Shown one piece after another: positions 1-8,474 of a DNA stretch of 64,000 nucleotides. Position 1 is the first letter of the stretch, and each line of letters starts with the position of its first letter. The notes beneath the pieces were generated by a model, which was not told the DNA's origin, did no database searches, and saw only the letters and a list, made by a program, of their open reading frames with translations. Source of the stretch: Armatimonadota bacterium (GTDB lineage Bacteria > Armatimonadota > SYMT01); assembly GCA_046292385.1 (NCBI GenBank), contig JBKBRF010000011.1:64001-128000 (forward strand), given 5' to 3'. A program made the position numbers and the translations under genes.

Positions 1-1
1 G

Positions 2-427
2 AAGCTGGGCGGCCTCTACACCAGCCATCCGGCGCTCAGTCTCGCGTTCCTGCTGCCGGCCTTCTCCCTGGCCGGCGTCCCCCCGCTCTCCGGTTTCTTC
101 GGCAAGCTCACCCTGATCCGGGCGGCGCTGGAGCTGGGCCAGGGATGGATCGTCGCGGTCGCGCTCGGCGTGAGCATCCTCACCTTCTACTCCATGCTGA
201 AGATCTGGAACGAGGCGTTCCTGAAGCCGGACCCGCATCCGGATTCACCCGCCGTCGGTCGCAACCGGACGCCGGCGCTGCTGTTCGGCCCCACGGCGGC
301 CCTGGTCCTCGGCTCGCTGGCGCTCGGTCTCTCGGCCCCGCCGGCGGTGACCCTCGCGCTGGAGGCGGGGGCGCAGCTCCGGCAGCCGCAGACCTACGTG
401 CGCGCGGTGTTAGGGAGAGAGCGCTGA
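2..427 (+). CDS. mrpD: Na+/H+ antiporter subunit D, C-terminal part (5' truncated by window edge)
   Basis: Open frame from base 2 (KLGGLY...SLAGVPPLSGFFGKLTLI), a proton-translocating antiporter motif; stop overlaps mrpE start (TGATG). Confidence 0.9.
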   Translation, partial: KLGGLYTSHPALSLAFLLPAFSLAGVPPLSGFFGKLTLIRAALELGQGWIVAVALGVSILTFYSMLKIWNEAFLKPDPHPDSPAVGRNRTPALLFGPTAALVLGSLALGLSAPPAVTLALEAGAQLRQPQTYVRAVLGRER

Positions 428-894
428 TGTTCGCCTGGAATCTACTGCTCGCCATCGCCTGGGTGGTCCTGCTCGGCGAAGCGACCCTCCGTTCCTTCGC
501 CAGCGGCTTCATCCTCGGGTACCTGCTGCTGTGGCTCCTGCCGCACGCCCGCGGCGGATCAGCCTACTTCCGGCGGGTAATCACGTTCATTCGCTTTGCC
601 GGGTTCTACGTCTGGAAGCTGGTGCTGGCGAACCTGCGGGTAGCCTACGACGTGATTACCCCCCACTACTTCATGCGGCCGGGAATCGTGGCGATCCCGC
701 TCTCCGCCTCCACCGACCTGGAGATCACGGTGCTGGCGGCCGTGATCGGGCTCACCCCGGGCACGGTAGCGCTCGACGTTTCCCGGGACCGGCGGATTCT
801 CTACCTGCACGCGATGTATATCGACGACCCGGACGAGCTGCGCCGGGAGGTGAAGCACGATTACGAGCGCCGCGTTATGGAGCTGCTCCGATGA
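427..894 (+). CDS. mrpE: Na+/H+ antiporter subunit E
   Basis: MFAWNLLLAIAW...RPGIVAIPL...IGLTPGTVALDVS...LYLHAM; MrpE signature and operon position. Confidence 0.92.
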   Translation: MFAWNLLLAIAWVVLLGEATLRSFASGFILGYLLLWLLPHARGGSAYFRRVITFIRFAGFYVWKLVLANLRVAYDVITPHYFMRPGIVAIPLSASTDLEITVLAAVIGLTPGTVALDVSRDRRILYLHAMYIDDPDELRREVKHDYERRVMELLR

Positions 895-1175
895 TCCCGA
901 TCGAGACTCTCGTACCGAAGACCGCCGAGATCGTGCTGCTGGTGCTGGCGGTGGCCATCGCCCTGACCTTCTTCCGCCTGCTGCGCGGTCCCACCCTGGC
1001 CGACCGGGTGGTGGCGCTGGAGCTGCTGACCGCCATCGCGGTGGCGATCATCGCCGTCTACTCGATGGAGTACCGGCAGCCGCTGCTGCTCGACGTGGCG
1101 ATCGTGCTCGCGCTCATCTCGTTCCTGGGGACCGTCGGCTTCTCCCACTACCTGGTAAGGGTGCAGCGGCGATGA
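891..1175 (+). CDS. mrpF: Na+/H+ antiporter subunit F
   Basis: RLLRGPTLADRVVALE...LDVAIVLALISFLGTV motif; ATGA overlap with mrpE. Confidence 0.92.
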   Translation: MIPIETLVPKTAEIVLLVLAVAIALTFFRLLRGPTLADRVVALELLTAIAVAIIAVYSMEYRQPLLLDVAIVLALISFLGTVGFSHYLVRVQRR

Positions 1176-1555
1176 AGGAGTGGATCTGCAGCGCGCTCAT
1201 GATCTCCGGCGCCACCTTCATGCTGCTGGCCGCCGTGGGACTGGTGCGTCTACCGGACGTGCTCACCCGCATGCACGCCTCGACCAAGGCGTCCGCCCTG
1301 GGGGCCGGGTGTCCCCTGCTCGCGATGGCGATCTACTTCGACAACCTGGAGATCTCCGCGCGCTGCTTCGCCACCATCCTCTTCTACTGCATCACGGCGC
1401 CGGTGGCGGCGCACGCCATCGCCCGCGCGGCCATCATCAGCGGCACGGAGCTGTGGGAGGGAACGGTGATGAACGAGCTGGAGGGCGTTTACGACCTCTC
1501 CACCGGGGAGGATGCCTCTCCGGCGGCGCCGCAGCCGGCGATCGGCGCGGAGTAG
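1172..1555 (+). CDS. mrpG: Na+/H+ antiporter subunit G
   Basis: GLVRLPDVLTRMHASTKAS...TAPVAAHAIARAA motif; ATGA overlap. Confidence 0.92.
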   Translation: MKEWICSALMISGATFMLLAAVGLVRLPDVLTRMHASTKASALGAGCPLLAMAIYFDNLEISARCFATILFYCITAPVAAHAIARAAIISGTELWEGTVMNELEGVYDLSTGEDASPAAPQPAIGAE

Positions 1556-1681
1556 CCGTTCTCTCCCGGTGACCGGGATCCGCGCGGCCTCTACCACCGG
1601 TCCTACACGCGCCCCGGCGGATACCATGGGAGAGTCGCCGGCGACGCCGCCGGCCCCGACCTCGTCCCCAGGAACCGTCGT

Positions 1682-2425
1682 GTGAGCGCTCCCGAGATCC
1701 CGTCGATCGACCTGCTCGGCCTGAAGATCAGTCGTGTCAACCGCGCGGAGGCCCGCGAGGCGCTGCTCCGCTTCATCCAGAGCGGCGAGCCGCACCTGGT
1801 GGTGACGGCGGACGCCTCCATGCACGTCATCGCCTCCGGCGACCGCGAGCTCCTCCAGCTCGTGAACGAGGCCGACCTGGTGACGCCGGACAGCACGGGA
1901 GTGCTCTGGGCGGCGCGGAAGCTGGGAACGCCGCTGGAGGAGCGGGTCTCCGGGGTGGAGCTCGCGGAGATGCTCTGCGCCGAGAGTGCGCAGCGGGGCT
2001 TCAGCCTCTACTTCTTCGGTGCCGCGCCCGGCGTGGCGGAAGACGCCGCGGAGGTGATGCGCCGCCGCTACCCCGGCTGCCGGATCGTCGGCACCGCCCA
2101 CGGCTTCCTCAGCTCCCCGGAAGAGCAGCGCGCGCTGTTGGATGACATCCGCGAGAAGCGGCCGGCGGTGCTGCTGGTCGCCATGGGCATTCCGCGCCAG
2201 GAGAAATGGATCCGCCAACACATGGACGAGCTGCGGGTGCCCGTGAACATGGGCGTGGGTGGAACGTTCGACGTCTTCAGCGGCCGAGTCGACCGCGCGC
2301 CGCTCTGGATGCAGCGCAACGGGCTGGAGTGGCTCTACCGGCTGCTCCGCAACCCCAGCAAGTACTCCAAGGTCGCCACCCTCCCGGTCTTCATGCTCCG
2401 CGTCCTCCGCCGCCAGCGGCTCTGA
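1682..2425 (+). CDS. WecB/TagA/CpsF family glycosyltransferase
   Basis: ADLVTPDSTG, ERVSGVEL, VAMGIPRQEKW, GVGGTFDVFSG..RAP.WMQ..GLEWLYRL motifs. Confidence 0.92.
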   Translation: MSAPEIPSIDLLGLKISRVNRAEAREALLRFIQSGEPHLVVTADASMHVIASGDRELLQLVNEADLVTPDSTGVLWAARKLGTPLEERVSGVELAEMLCAESAQRGFSLYFFGAAPGVAEDAAEVMRRRYPGCRIVGTAHGFLSSPEEQRALLDDIREKRPAVLLVAMGIPRQEKWIRQHMDELRVPVNMGVGGTFDVFSGRVDRAPLWMQRNGLEWLYRLLRNPSKYSKVATLPVFMLRVLRRQRL

Positions 2426-2432
2426 CCCTGGC

Positions 2433-2849
2433 TCACGCGGCACGGCGGCCTGACGAGCCTTCGGCGCGGTGTTGTCCTCCGCCCGCTTCGCTCGCTTCCT
2501 GTCGCTCGTCCTGCATCTCCCTCCGCAGGAAGAAGTTGAGTCCCGTCCGGATCACCGCGATGGCGCCGAGCTTGCCGATGTCGTCCCAGGTAGGAGCGAG
2601 AGCGGTGCGAATGATGTCCGCCGCCAGCAGGAACTCCAGCGCCATCGCCAGCCACCGGGCCAGGTGGAGGCGCACGTCGACCCACGGATGCTCGTCATCA
2701 CCGCGGGTGAGCGCCGACCGTCCGATCGACCAGACCGCCTGACCCACGGCGAAGGTAATCAACACCACCGCGACCGCTTCCGCGATCAGGCCCACGTAGC
2801 TGACCACCCAGGCGAGAACCCCTTCCCCCCAGAGCTCCTTCTCTCTCAT
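2433..2849 (-). CDS. DUF1622 family membrane protein
   Basis: VRLHLARWLAMALEFLLAADIIRTALAPTWDDIGKLGAIAVIRTGLNFFL; GGAGG RBS before the ATG at 2849. Confidence 0.85.
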   Translation of the reverse strand: MREKELWGEGVLAWVVSYVGLIAEAVAVVLITFAVGQAVWSIGRSALTRGDDEHPWVDVRLHLARWLAMALEFLLAADIIRTALAPTWDDIGKLGAIAVIRTGLNFFLRREMQDERQEASEAGGGQHRAEGSSGRRAA

Positions 2850-2982
2850 CTCCACCTCCCCTCTGGTAGTCGCGACTTCTCCCCCATCCCAAACGCGCGA
2901 GGTGTCCGGACCGGCGGTGTGGAACGGCCAGGGGGCCGCGCACGTAGCAACCAGTGCGTCACCGCCATTCGAAAGGACCGAC

Positions 2983-3975
2983 ATGCCCTTCCGTGCTCGA
3001 ATCGCCGTCTGGATGCTTGCCCTCGCCACCTGGCCAGTGAATGGTGCTCTCGCCGATACCACCGGCGAGCAGCTCGCCGCGCCGCCGGCGGCACAGGCAC
3101 AGCCGGAGACCGAAAGCGTTCTCTTCCCCGAGACGGGGGTGCGCCTGGAGCGGCCGGAGGGCTTCGAGAAGGCGAAGCAGTGGAGCGGCTTCGGCCAGCC
3201 GGCCACCCGCAGCGCGGTGATGATCACCCGGATCCCCGGCCCGTTTGCGGAGGTGACCGCCGGCTTCACGGCGGAGCGGCTGGCGCAGCAGGGGATCCGC
3301 CTCGCCAGCAAGGCGGAGCGGAAGGTCGGCGACCTGCCCGGAGTGCTGCTGGAGCTCAGCCAGCGGGCGGGGGGCGAGGAGTTTTCGCGGTGGGTGCTGA
3401 TGTTCGGGGACGAGCAGAAGACGCTGATCGTGAGCGCGTCGTTCCCGGTAGCCCAGGCGGAAAAGCTCTCCGCGCCGCTGAAGGCGTCGGTGCTCAGCGC
3501 CAAGCTGGAGGGCGAGCCGACTGCCGACGGCGCGGCGTTTACGCTCTCGCCCGCTCCCGGGCTCAAGCCGGTGCCGGGCCTCGGCACCACGCTCCTCTTC
3601 AACCGCACCGGAACCCTGCAGGCCGCGGCACCGACCGATCCGCTCTTCGTGGCGGCAGAGTCGCTCGGCAAAGTGAGCATCGACGACCGCCGCGCCTATG
3701 CGGTCGCCCGGCTGGAACAGACGGCGCAAACCGATAAGCTCAAGATCCGGTCGACGAAGCCGATCCAGATCGAGGGGATGGACGGCTTCGAATCGGTAGC
3801 CGAGGCGAAGGACCCGAAGTCCGGAGCGTCAGTCTTCCTCTACCAGGTGATGCTCTTCCGCGACGGCGGTTACCTGCTGATGCAGGGGATCGCCGGCACG
3901 AAGCATCGCAAGGAGCTGCTGCCGCAGTTCCAGGAAATGGCGCGCAGCCTGAAGCTCAAGCCCGAGCCCCGGTAG
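2983..3975 (+). CDS. Hypothetical exported protein
   Basis: GAAAGGA RBS, N-terminal signal peptide, typical high-GC codon usage; no family recognised. Confidence 0.7.
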   Translation: MPFRARIAVWMLALATWPVNGALADTTGEQLAAPPAAQAQPETESVLFPETGVRLERPEGFEKAKQWSGFGQPATRSAVMITRIPGPFAEVTAGFTAERLAQQGIRLASKAERKVGDLPGVLLELSQRAGGEEFSRWVLMFGDEQKTLIVSASFPVAQAEKLSAPLKASVLSAKLEGEPTADGAAFTLSPAPGLKPVPGLGTTLLFNRTGTLQAAAPTDPLFVAAESLGKVSIDDRRAYAVARLEQTAQTDKLKIRSTKPIQIEGMDGFESVAEAKDPKSGASVFLYQVMLFRDGGYLLMQGIAGTKHRKELLPQFQEMARSLKLKPEPR

Positions 3976-4223
3976 CCGACTCCCGGTGTCTCCCCCCACC
4001 CGGCCCCCCGGGACCCTCCGTCAGACGGGGATTGATAAGCGGATCTGGGGAGAGTGGGAGAAAGCGCCTACCCGAGCGTTGCTCTTTTGGCCGAAGCAGC
4101 GGCGGCCCGCCGAGCTTTCGAGAAAGAGAAGGAGAACGAGAAGGAGTAGGAGGGCCCGTCCCGGGAGGTTCGGATTCATCCCTCATCCCTCATCGTTCAT
4201 CCTTCTGCCTCCCCCACTCCCAA

Positions 4224-5516
4224 TTACGCCGCGACCTCCACGGGCCGGCGACCGACCAACAGGTAGGCGTCCATCTCGCCGCGGCCCTTGATCTGCAGTC
4301 CGGGACGATGCTCGAACTGATAGCGCTCGCCCAGGCGGCGGCGAGTCTCCGCGGAGACCTGGATGCCGCCGGTGACGCCGTGCGTCTCCATCCGGCTCGC
4401 CATGTTCACCGTATCGCCCCAGAGATCGTAGATGAACTTCTTCCGGCCGATCACCCCCGCCACCACCGGACCGGAGTTGAGACCGATGCGGATGCTGAGC
4501 GGCACTCCCTTCTCCGCGGAGACCCGCTCCACCGCGGCGAGCATGTCGAGCGCCATCTCCGCCGCCGCTTCCGCGTGGTTGGGCTGCGGCTGGGGCAGGC
4601 CCGCGACCGCCATGTAGGCGTCGCCGATCGTCTTGATCTTCTCCATGCCGTGCTGCTCCGCCAGCTCGTCGAATTCGGAGAAGATCCGGTTGAGGAGGTC
4701 GACCACTTCGACCGGACCTCGCCTCGCCGCCAGGTGAGAGAAGTCGACCAGGTCCGCGAACAGCACCGTCACCTCCGCATACTGCTCCGCGATCGTGCCG
4801 GGCGTGGTCTTGAGCCGCGCCGCGATGTCGCGGGGGAGGATGTTCAACAGCAGCTCTTCCGCCTTCTCCCGCTCCTGTTCCAGCAGTCTCCGCAGCAGGA
4901 AGTCCCGGCGGGCGCTCCGCTCCTGGAAGATCCCCGCTACGACGCCGAAAAGCAGCGCGACGAGCAGCGCGGGGTAGTACTGGTCGACGTCGGTGAACGG
5001 GAACGGGTTGGCGTCGTGCAGCGCGGCCTGCACCAGGTAAAGCCCGGTGACGCTGACGGTGACGCCGGTGGCCCAGATCACCCGCAGCCGCGAGAGCGCC
5101 GCGATGCCGAGGACGAGGTGGAACATCGCGAGAGCCGCGGTGGCCACGGGAATCGCGCGCATGTTCAGGACGTAGAGAACCCCGAAGCTCAGGCAGAGCC
5201 CCGCCATCAGGGGCTGCATCCGCCGCCGGTAGATCGGCAGGAAGGTGGCGCCGAGGCCCAGGAGCAGGACCGGCACCATCCCGCCGAACCGGAAGAAGAG
5301 GTCGCTCTGATTCCCCGCGAGGGCCGGGGGAATCCCCATCAGCGACACCACCAGCGCGCTCACGCAGAGCGCGAACCGCACGTATCCCAGGGAATCGGCG
5401 GCGTACTGGCGGTCGAACTCCACCTCCAGCTCCCGGGGAAAGCGGAGCTGCCGGAGCTGATGTCCCTGCTCGGGATCGAGCGCGGCCTCTCCAGGTAGGA
5501 GCTCGGGAGACCTCAT
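4224..5516 (-). CDS. Membrane-bound class III adenylate/guanylate cyclase (probably adenylate)
   Basis: Several N-terminal TM helices; VLFADLVDF, EKIKTIGDAYM, YDLWGDTVNMASRME catalytic motifs with ATP-specifying K/D residues. Confidence 0.92.
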   Translation of the reverse strand: MRSPELLPGEAALDPEQGHQLRQLRFPRELEVEFDRQYAADSLGYVRFALCVSALVVSLMGIPPALAGNQSDLFFRFGGMVPVLLLGLGATFLPIYRRRMQPLMAGLCLSFGVLYVLNMRAIPVATAALAMFHLVLGIAALSRLRVIWATGVTVSVTGLYLVQAALHDANPFPFTDVDQYYPALLVALLFGVVAGIFQERSARRDFLLRRLLEQEREKAEELLLNILPRDIAARLKTTPGTIAEQYAEVTVLFADLVDFSHLAARRGPVEVVDLLNRIFSEFDELAEQHGMEKIKTIGDAYMAVAGLPQPQPNHAEAAAEMALDMLAAVERVSAEKGVPLSIRIGLNSGPVVAGVIGRKKFIYDLWGDTVNMASRMETHGVTGGIQVSAETRRRLGERYQFEHRPGLQIKGRGEMDAYLLVGRRPVEVAA

Positions 5517-5588
5517 CGGAGTGTACTGGGGCTGGCGAAGGTGCGGCGCCGAAGCCGTGCATCCGGAGGACAGTTCGCCGGGACCAGA

Positions 5589-5622
5589 CAGAACGCCCTC
5601 CGCCGGAGCGGAGGGCGTTCTG
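5589..5622 (-). terminator. Stem-loop downstream of secG, probable terminator
   Basis: Perfect 15-bp inverted repeat CAGAACGCCCTCCGC-CGGA-GCGGAGGGCGTTCTG about 20 nt after the secG stop; weak U tract. Confidence 0.65.
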
Positions 5623-5644
5623 AAATCAGCGGAGCCAGGTCACG

Positions 5645-5893
5645 TTAGACCCAGTGGAACTTCATCGCCAGGATGTAGAGGATGGCGCTCAGGACCATGA
5701 AGGCCACCGCGACGTACTTGGTGTAGGTCTGGAGCTGCTCGTCCATGCCGGCCCGGCCGCGGCTGGGGCTGCTGGAGCTGCCGCCGACCACCCCGAGACC
5801 TTCCGCGCGGGAGGTCTGGCTCACCACCAGTATGATCAGCAGCACGCTCACCGCGAAGTGGGCGAGATACATGATGATCTTGAGCACGTCCAT
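5645..5893 (-). CDS. secG: Preprotein translocase subunit SecG
   Basis: 82 aa, two TM helices with a Gly/Ser-rich linker (LLIILVVSQTSRAEGLGVVGGS). Confidence 0.85.
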   Translation of the reverse strand: MDVLKIIMYLAHFAVSVLLIILVVSQTSRAEGLGVVGGSSSSPSRGRAGMDEQLQTYTKYVAVAFMVLSAILYILAMKFHWV

Positions 5894-5952
5894 GGCGGGG
5901 AAGGTCCTTTCCGGGTCCGCCCGGCTCTCTACGCCGGTCCAAAGCCCGCGCG

Positions 5953-5981
5953 AGTCTAGCAGAGCGGACAGGGCGTGTCAA
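5953..5981 (-). promoter_or_regulatory. Sigma70-type promoter for secG
   Basis: Minus strand TTGACA-17 nt-TAGACT. Confidence 0.7.
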
Positions 5982-6080
5982 TCGGCTTAGCGGGAATTCG
6001 GGCGGGCAGGAGCGGCTGCTGACGCCGACCCGGTCGACAGCTTGCTGTAGCCCGGGAGCATCCTCCGGCAGCGGCCGGCT

Positions 6081-6114
6081 CCCCAAAGCGGCAGCAAGCT
6101 GCCGCACTCCACAG
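6081..6114. repeat. REP-like palindrome (copy 1)
   Basis: AAAGCGGCAGCAAGCTGCCGCACTCCACAG; related to the copy at 8254 in opposite orientation. Confidence 0.65.
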
Positions 6115-6295
6115 GCCAGCCCGCGTGCCGGTCCCGCTGCACCAGGCGCTCTACGGAGTAGGATGTGGAGTACGGACCCGCCCACGCGAAACGGCCTCCG
6201 ATAGAATCGTCGTAACCGTAACCGGAGGCGCTCCCGTGCGTCCTTCCTGTTGAGTCTCCGTCTTCGCGGAGCTCCGCGTCTGGCCTCGGAAGCGC

Positions 6296-8152
6296 ATGCA
6301 TCTCATCTCGCCCTGGTCGCTGCTCTGGCTCCTGCTGCTGGTGCCGGTCATCGTCTTCTTCTACCTGCTCAAGCTGAAGCGGAAGGAGATGGTGATCAGC
6401 TCCGTGCTGCTCTGGGACCACCTGGTGAAGGACGTCCAGGCCAACGCGCCGTTCCAGAAGTTGAAGAAGAACCTGCTGCTGCTCCTCCAGCTCCTGATCG
6501 CCCTCTTCTGCATCGCCGCGCTGGCGCGCCCCGCCTACGTGGCGCAGTCGCTGAGCGGCAGCAACGTGGTGGTGATCCTGGACGGCTCCGCGAGCATGCA
6601 GAGCCGGGATGCGGACGGCGGCACCCGCTTCGACGCCGCGCGCCGCCAGGCGCAGCGGATGGTGGCCGACATGAAGGGCGGCGACCGGATGATGGTGCTG
6701 CTCGCCGGCGCGCGCACGCACCGCCTGACCAGCCTCACCAGCGACCAGAACGAGCTGCGCGCCGCCCTCGACGGCGCCAAGCCGTTCGATACGACCACCA
6801 ACCTGCGCGACGCGATGCTGCTCGCCGTCTCCGTGGCGGGCCAGTACCAGGGGAGCCGGGTCTTCATCCTCTCCGACGGCGCCTTCCCGGAGCTGGAATC
6901 GCTCGACGACCGCGGCGCCGACCTGCAGTTCGTCCGCTTCGGCTCCCGCACCGAGAACGTCGGCCTGGTGGCGATGGACGTGCGGCGCTCGTTCAAGGAC
7001 GACGGCCGCTACCAGATGTACCTGGCGGTGCGGAACTACAGTCCCGAGCCGAAGACGACGAACCTCGAGTTCTACCGGAACGACGCGCTGATCGACGTCC
7101 GGCCGCTGGAGCTGCCGGCGGCCGATCCGGAGACCGGCTTCAGCGAGCGCGCCGAGCTGTTCGAGGACCTGCAGGAAACGACCGGCATCCTGCACGCGCG
7201 GCTCGACATCAAAGACGACCTGCCGGTCGACAACGAGGCGTACACGCAGCTCTCCGCCCGGCGCGAGATCAACGTCCTCCTCGTGACGGACGGCAACCTC
7301 TACCTGGAGCGGGCGCTGAACGTCGATCCGAACGTCAAGGTCTCCCGGGTGGCGCCCTCCGGCTACACGGGACAGTCTGGATTCGACGTCGTGGTCTTCG
7401 AGAACGCCGGCCCGAAGGAAGTCGGTCCCGGCGCCCACCTCTACATCAACTGCGGCGGTCCCACCGTTCCGGTAGAGATCAAGGGCAAGGTGAAGGACGC
7501 CTCCGTGCTCACCTGGGACCGCGTTCACCCGGTGATGCGCTACGTGAAGCTGAACCAGCTCAACATGCCGGAAGCGCTGGCGGTGGAGAAGAAGCCGTGG
7601 GGCGTGGTGCTGGCGGAGCACGAGTCCGGCCCGGCGGTCGCAATCGGCGAGACTCGCGGCCAGAAGTCCGCGTTCGTGGGCTTCCCGCTGCTGCAGACCG
7701 ACTTCCCGCTCCGCGTGGCGTTCCCGATCTTCTTCAACAACCTGGTCCAGTGGCTCGCCACCCAGCCCGGCCGCACCGAGGGCATGCAGCTCCGCGCGGG
7801 AGACACCGCCCCGGTCGAAGTGCCGGAGAACGTGGCGGAGGTGACCGTCCGGGATCCCGACGGGAACGCCACCCGCGTCAAGACCGACGGCCGCCTCGCC
7901 TACGTCTCCGCCACCGAGCGCAGCGGGATCTACACGGTGGAAGCTCCCAATTTCAAGCGGGAGTTCGCCGTGAACCTCCTGAGCCGCGACGAATCCGAGA
8001 CGAAGCCGCGCGACCAGATCCGCTTCGGCCGCCGCCCCGTCCTCGCGGGCACCGGCCGCGTCAGCACCAACCGCGAGGTCTGGCGCTGGCTGCTCCTCGC
8101 CGCCCTGGTCATCCTCGCCGCGGAGTGGTGGGTCTTCCACAAGCGGATATAG
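6296..8152 (+). CDS. BatA-domain / von Willebrand factor A membrane protein
   Basis: N-terminal BatA-like segment (PVIVFFYLLKLKRK...SSVLLW...LLLLLQLL...ALARP), MIDAS motif DGSASM, C-terminal TM ending AEWWVFHKR. Confidence 0.88.
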   Translation: MHLISPWSLLWLLLLVPVIVFFYLLKLKRKEMVISSVLLWDHLVKDVQANAPFQKLKKNLLLLLQLLIALFCIAALARPAYVAQSLSGSNVVVILDGSASMQSRDADGGTRFDAARRQAQRMVADMKGGDRMMVLLAGARTHRLTSLTSDQNELRAALDGAKPFDTTTNLRDAMLLAVSVAGQYQGSRVFILSDGAFPELESLDDRGADLQFVRFGSRTENVGLVAMDVRRSFKDDGRYQMYLAVRNYSPEPKTTNLEFYRNDALIDVRPLELPAADPETGFSERAELFEDLQETTGILHARLDIKDDLPVDNEAYTQLSARREINVLLVTDGNLYLERALNVDPNVKVSRVAPSGYTGQSGFDVVVFENAGPKEVGPGAHLYINCGGPTVPVEIKGKVKDASVLTWDRVHPVMRYVKLNQLNMPEALAVEKKPWGVVLAEHESGPAVAIGETRGQKSAFVGFPLLQTDFPLRVAFPIFFNNLVQWLATQPGRTEGMQLRAGDTAPVEVPENVAEVTVRDPDGNATRVKTDGRLAYVSATERSGIYTVEAPNFKREFAVNLLSRDESETKPRDQIRFGRRPVLAGTGRVSTNREVWRWLLLAALVILAAEWWVFHKRI

Positions 8153-8253
8153 TTTTGGAGAGCACCGCTCACCGAATCTTCCGGCTGCTCCGGTGGCCCC
8201 GCTGGCGCGAGAGGAATTCCCTCTCGCCAAAAGGGAGGCTGCCTCGGTGAAGT

Positions 8254-8286
8254 CTGTGGAGTGCGGTGGCTTGCCACCGCTTCCCC
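8254..8286. repeat. REP-like palindrome (copy 2)
   Basis: CTGTGGAGTGCGGTGGCTTGCCACCGCTT; same family as 6081-6114 with compensatory stem changes. Confidence 0.65.
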
Positions 8287-8474
8287 GCCAGGGGAATGGC
8301 GCCGAAGGGCTCGGCAGCCGGTGAGCCACCTGCTCCGCTGATTTCGCTAAGAGAATCTAGCGAGGGATGGCCGCTCCGCCCGGTCAGGGCGCGGGGCGGG
8401 ACCCCGTGGCGATGCCGTCCACGAACGAGAGTCAAAACGCCCGGTCCACCGGGAAATCCTACGGAGTAAATCTT

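Noticed and set aside
8185..8245. ZTP riboswitch upstream of purH
   Set aside because: A partial look-alike (CTGGCG...GGGAG) exists, but the 3' CGCCTGGG pseudoknot hairpin is absent and a REP-like element separates it from the gene.
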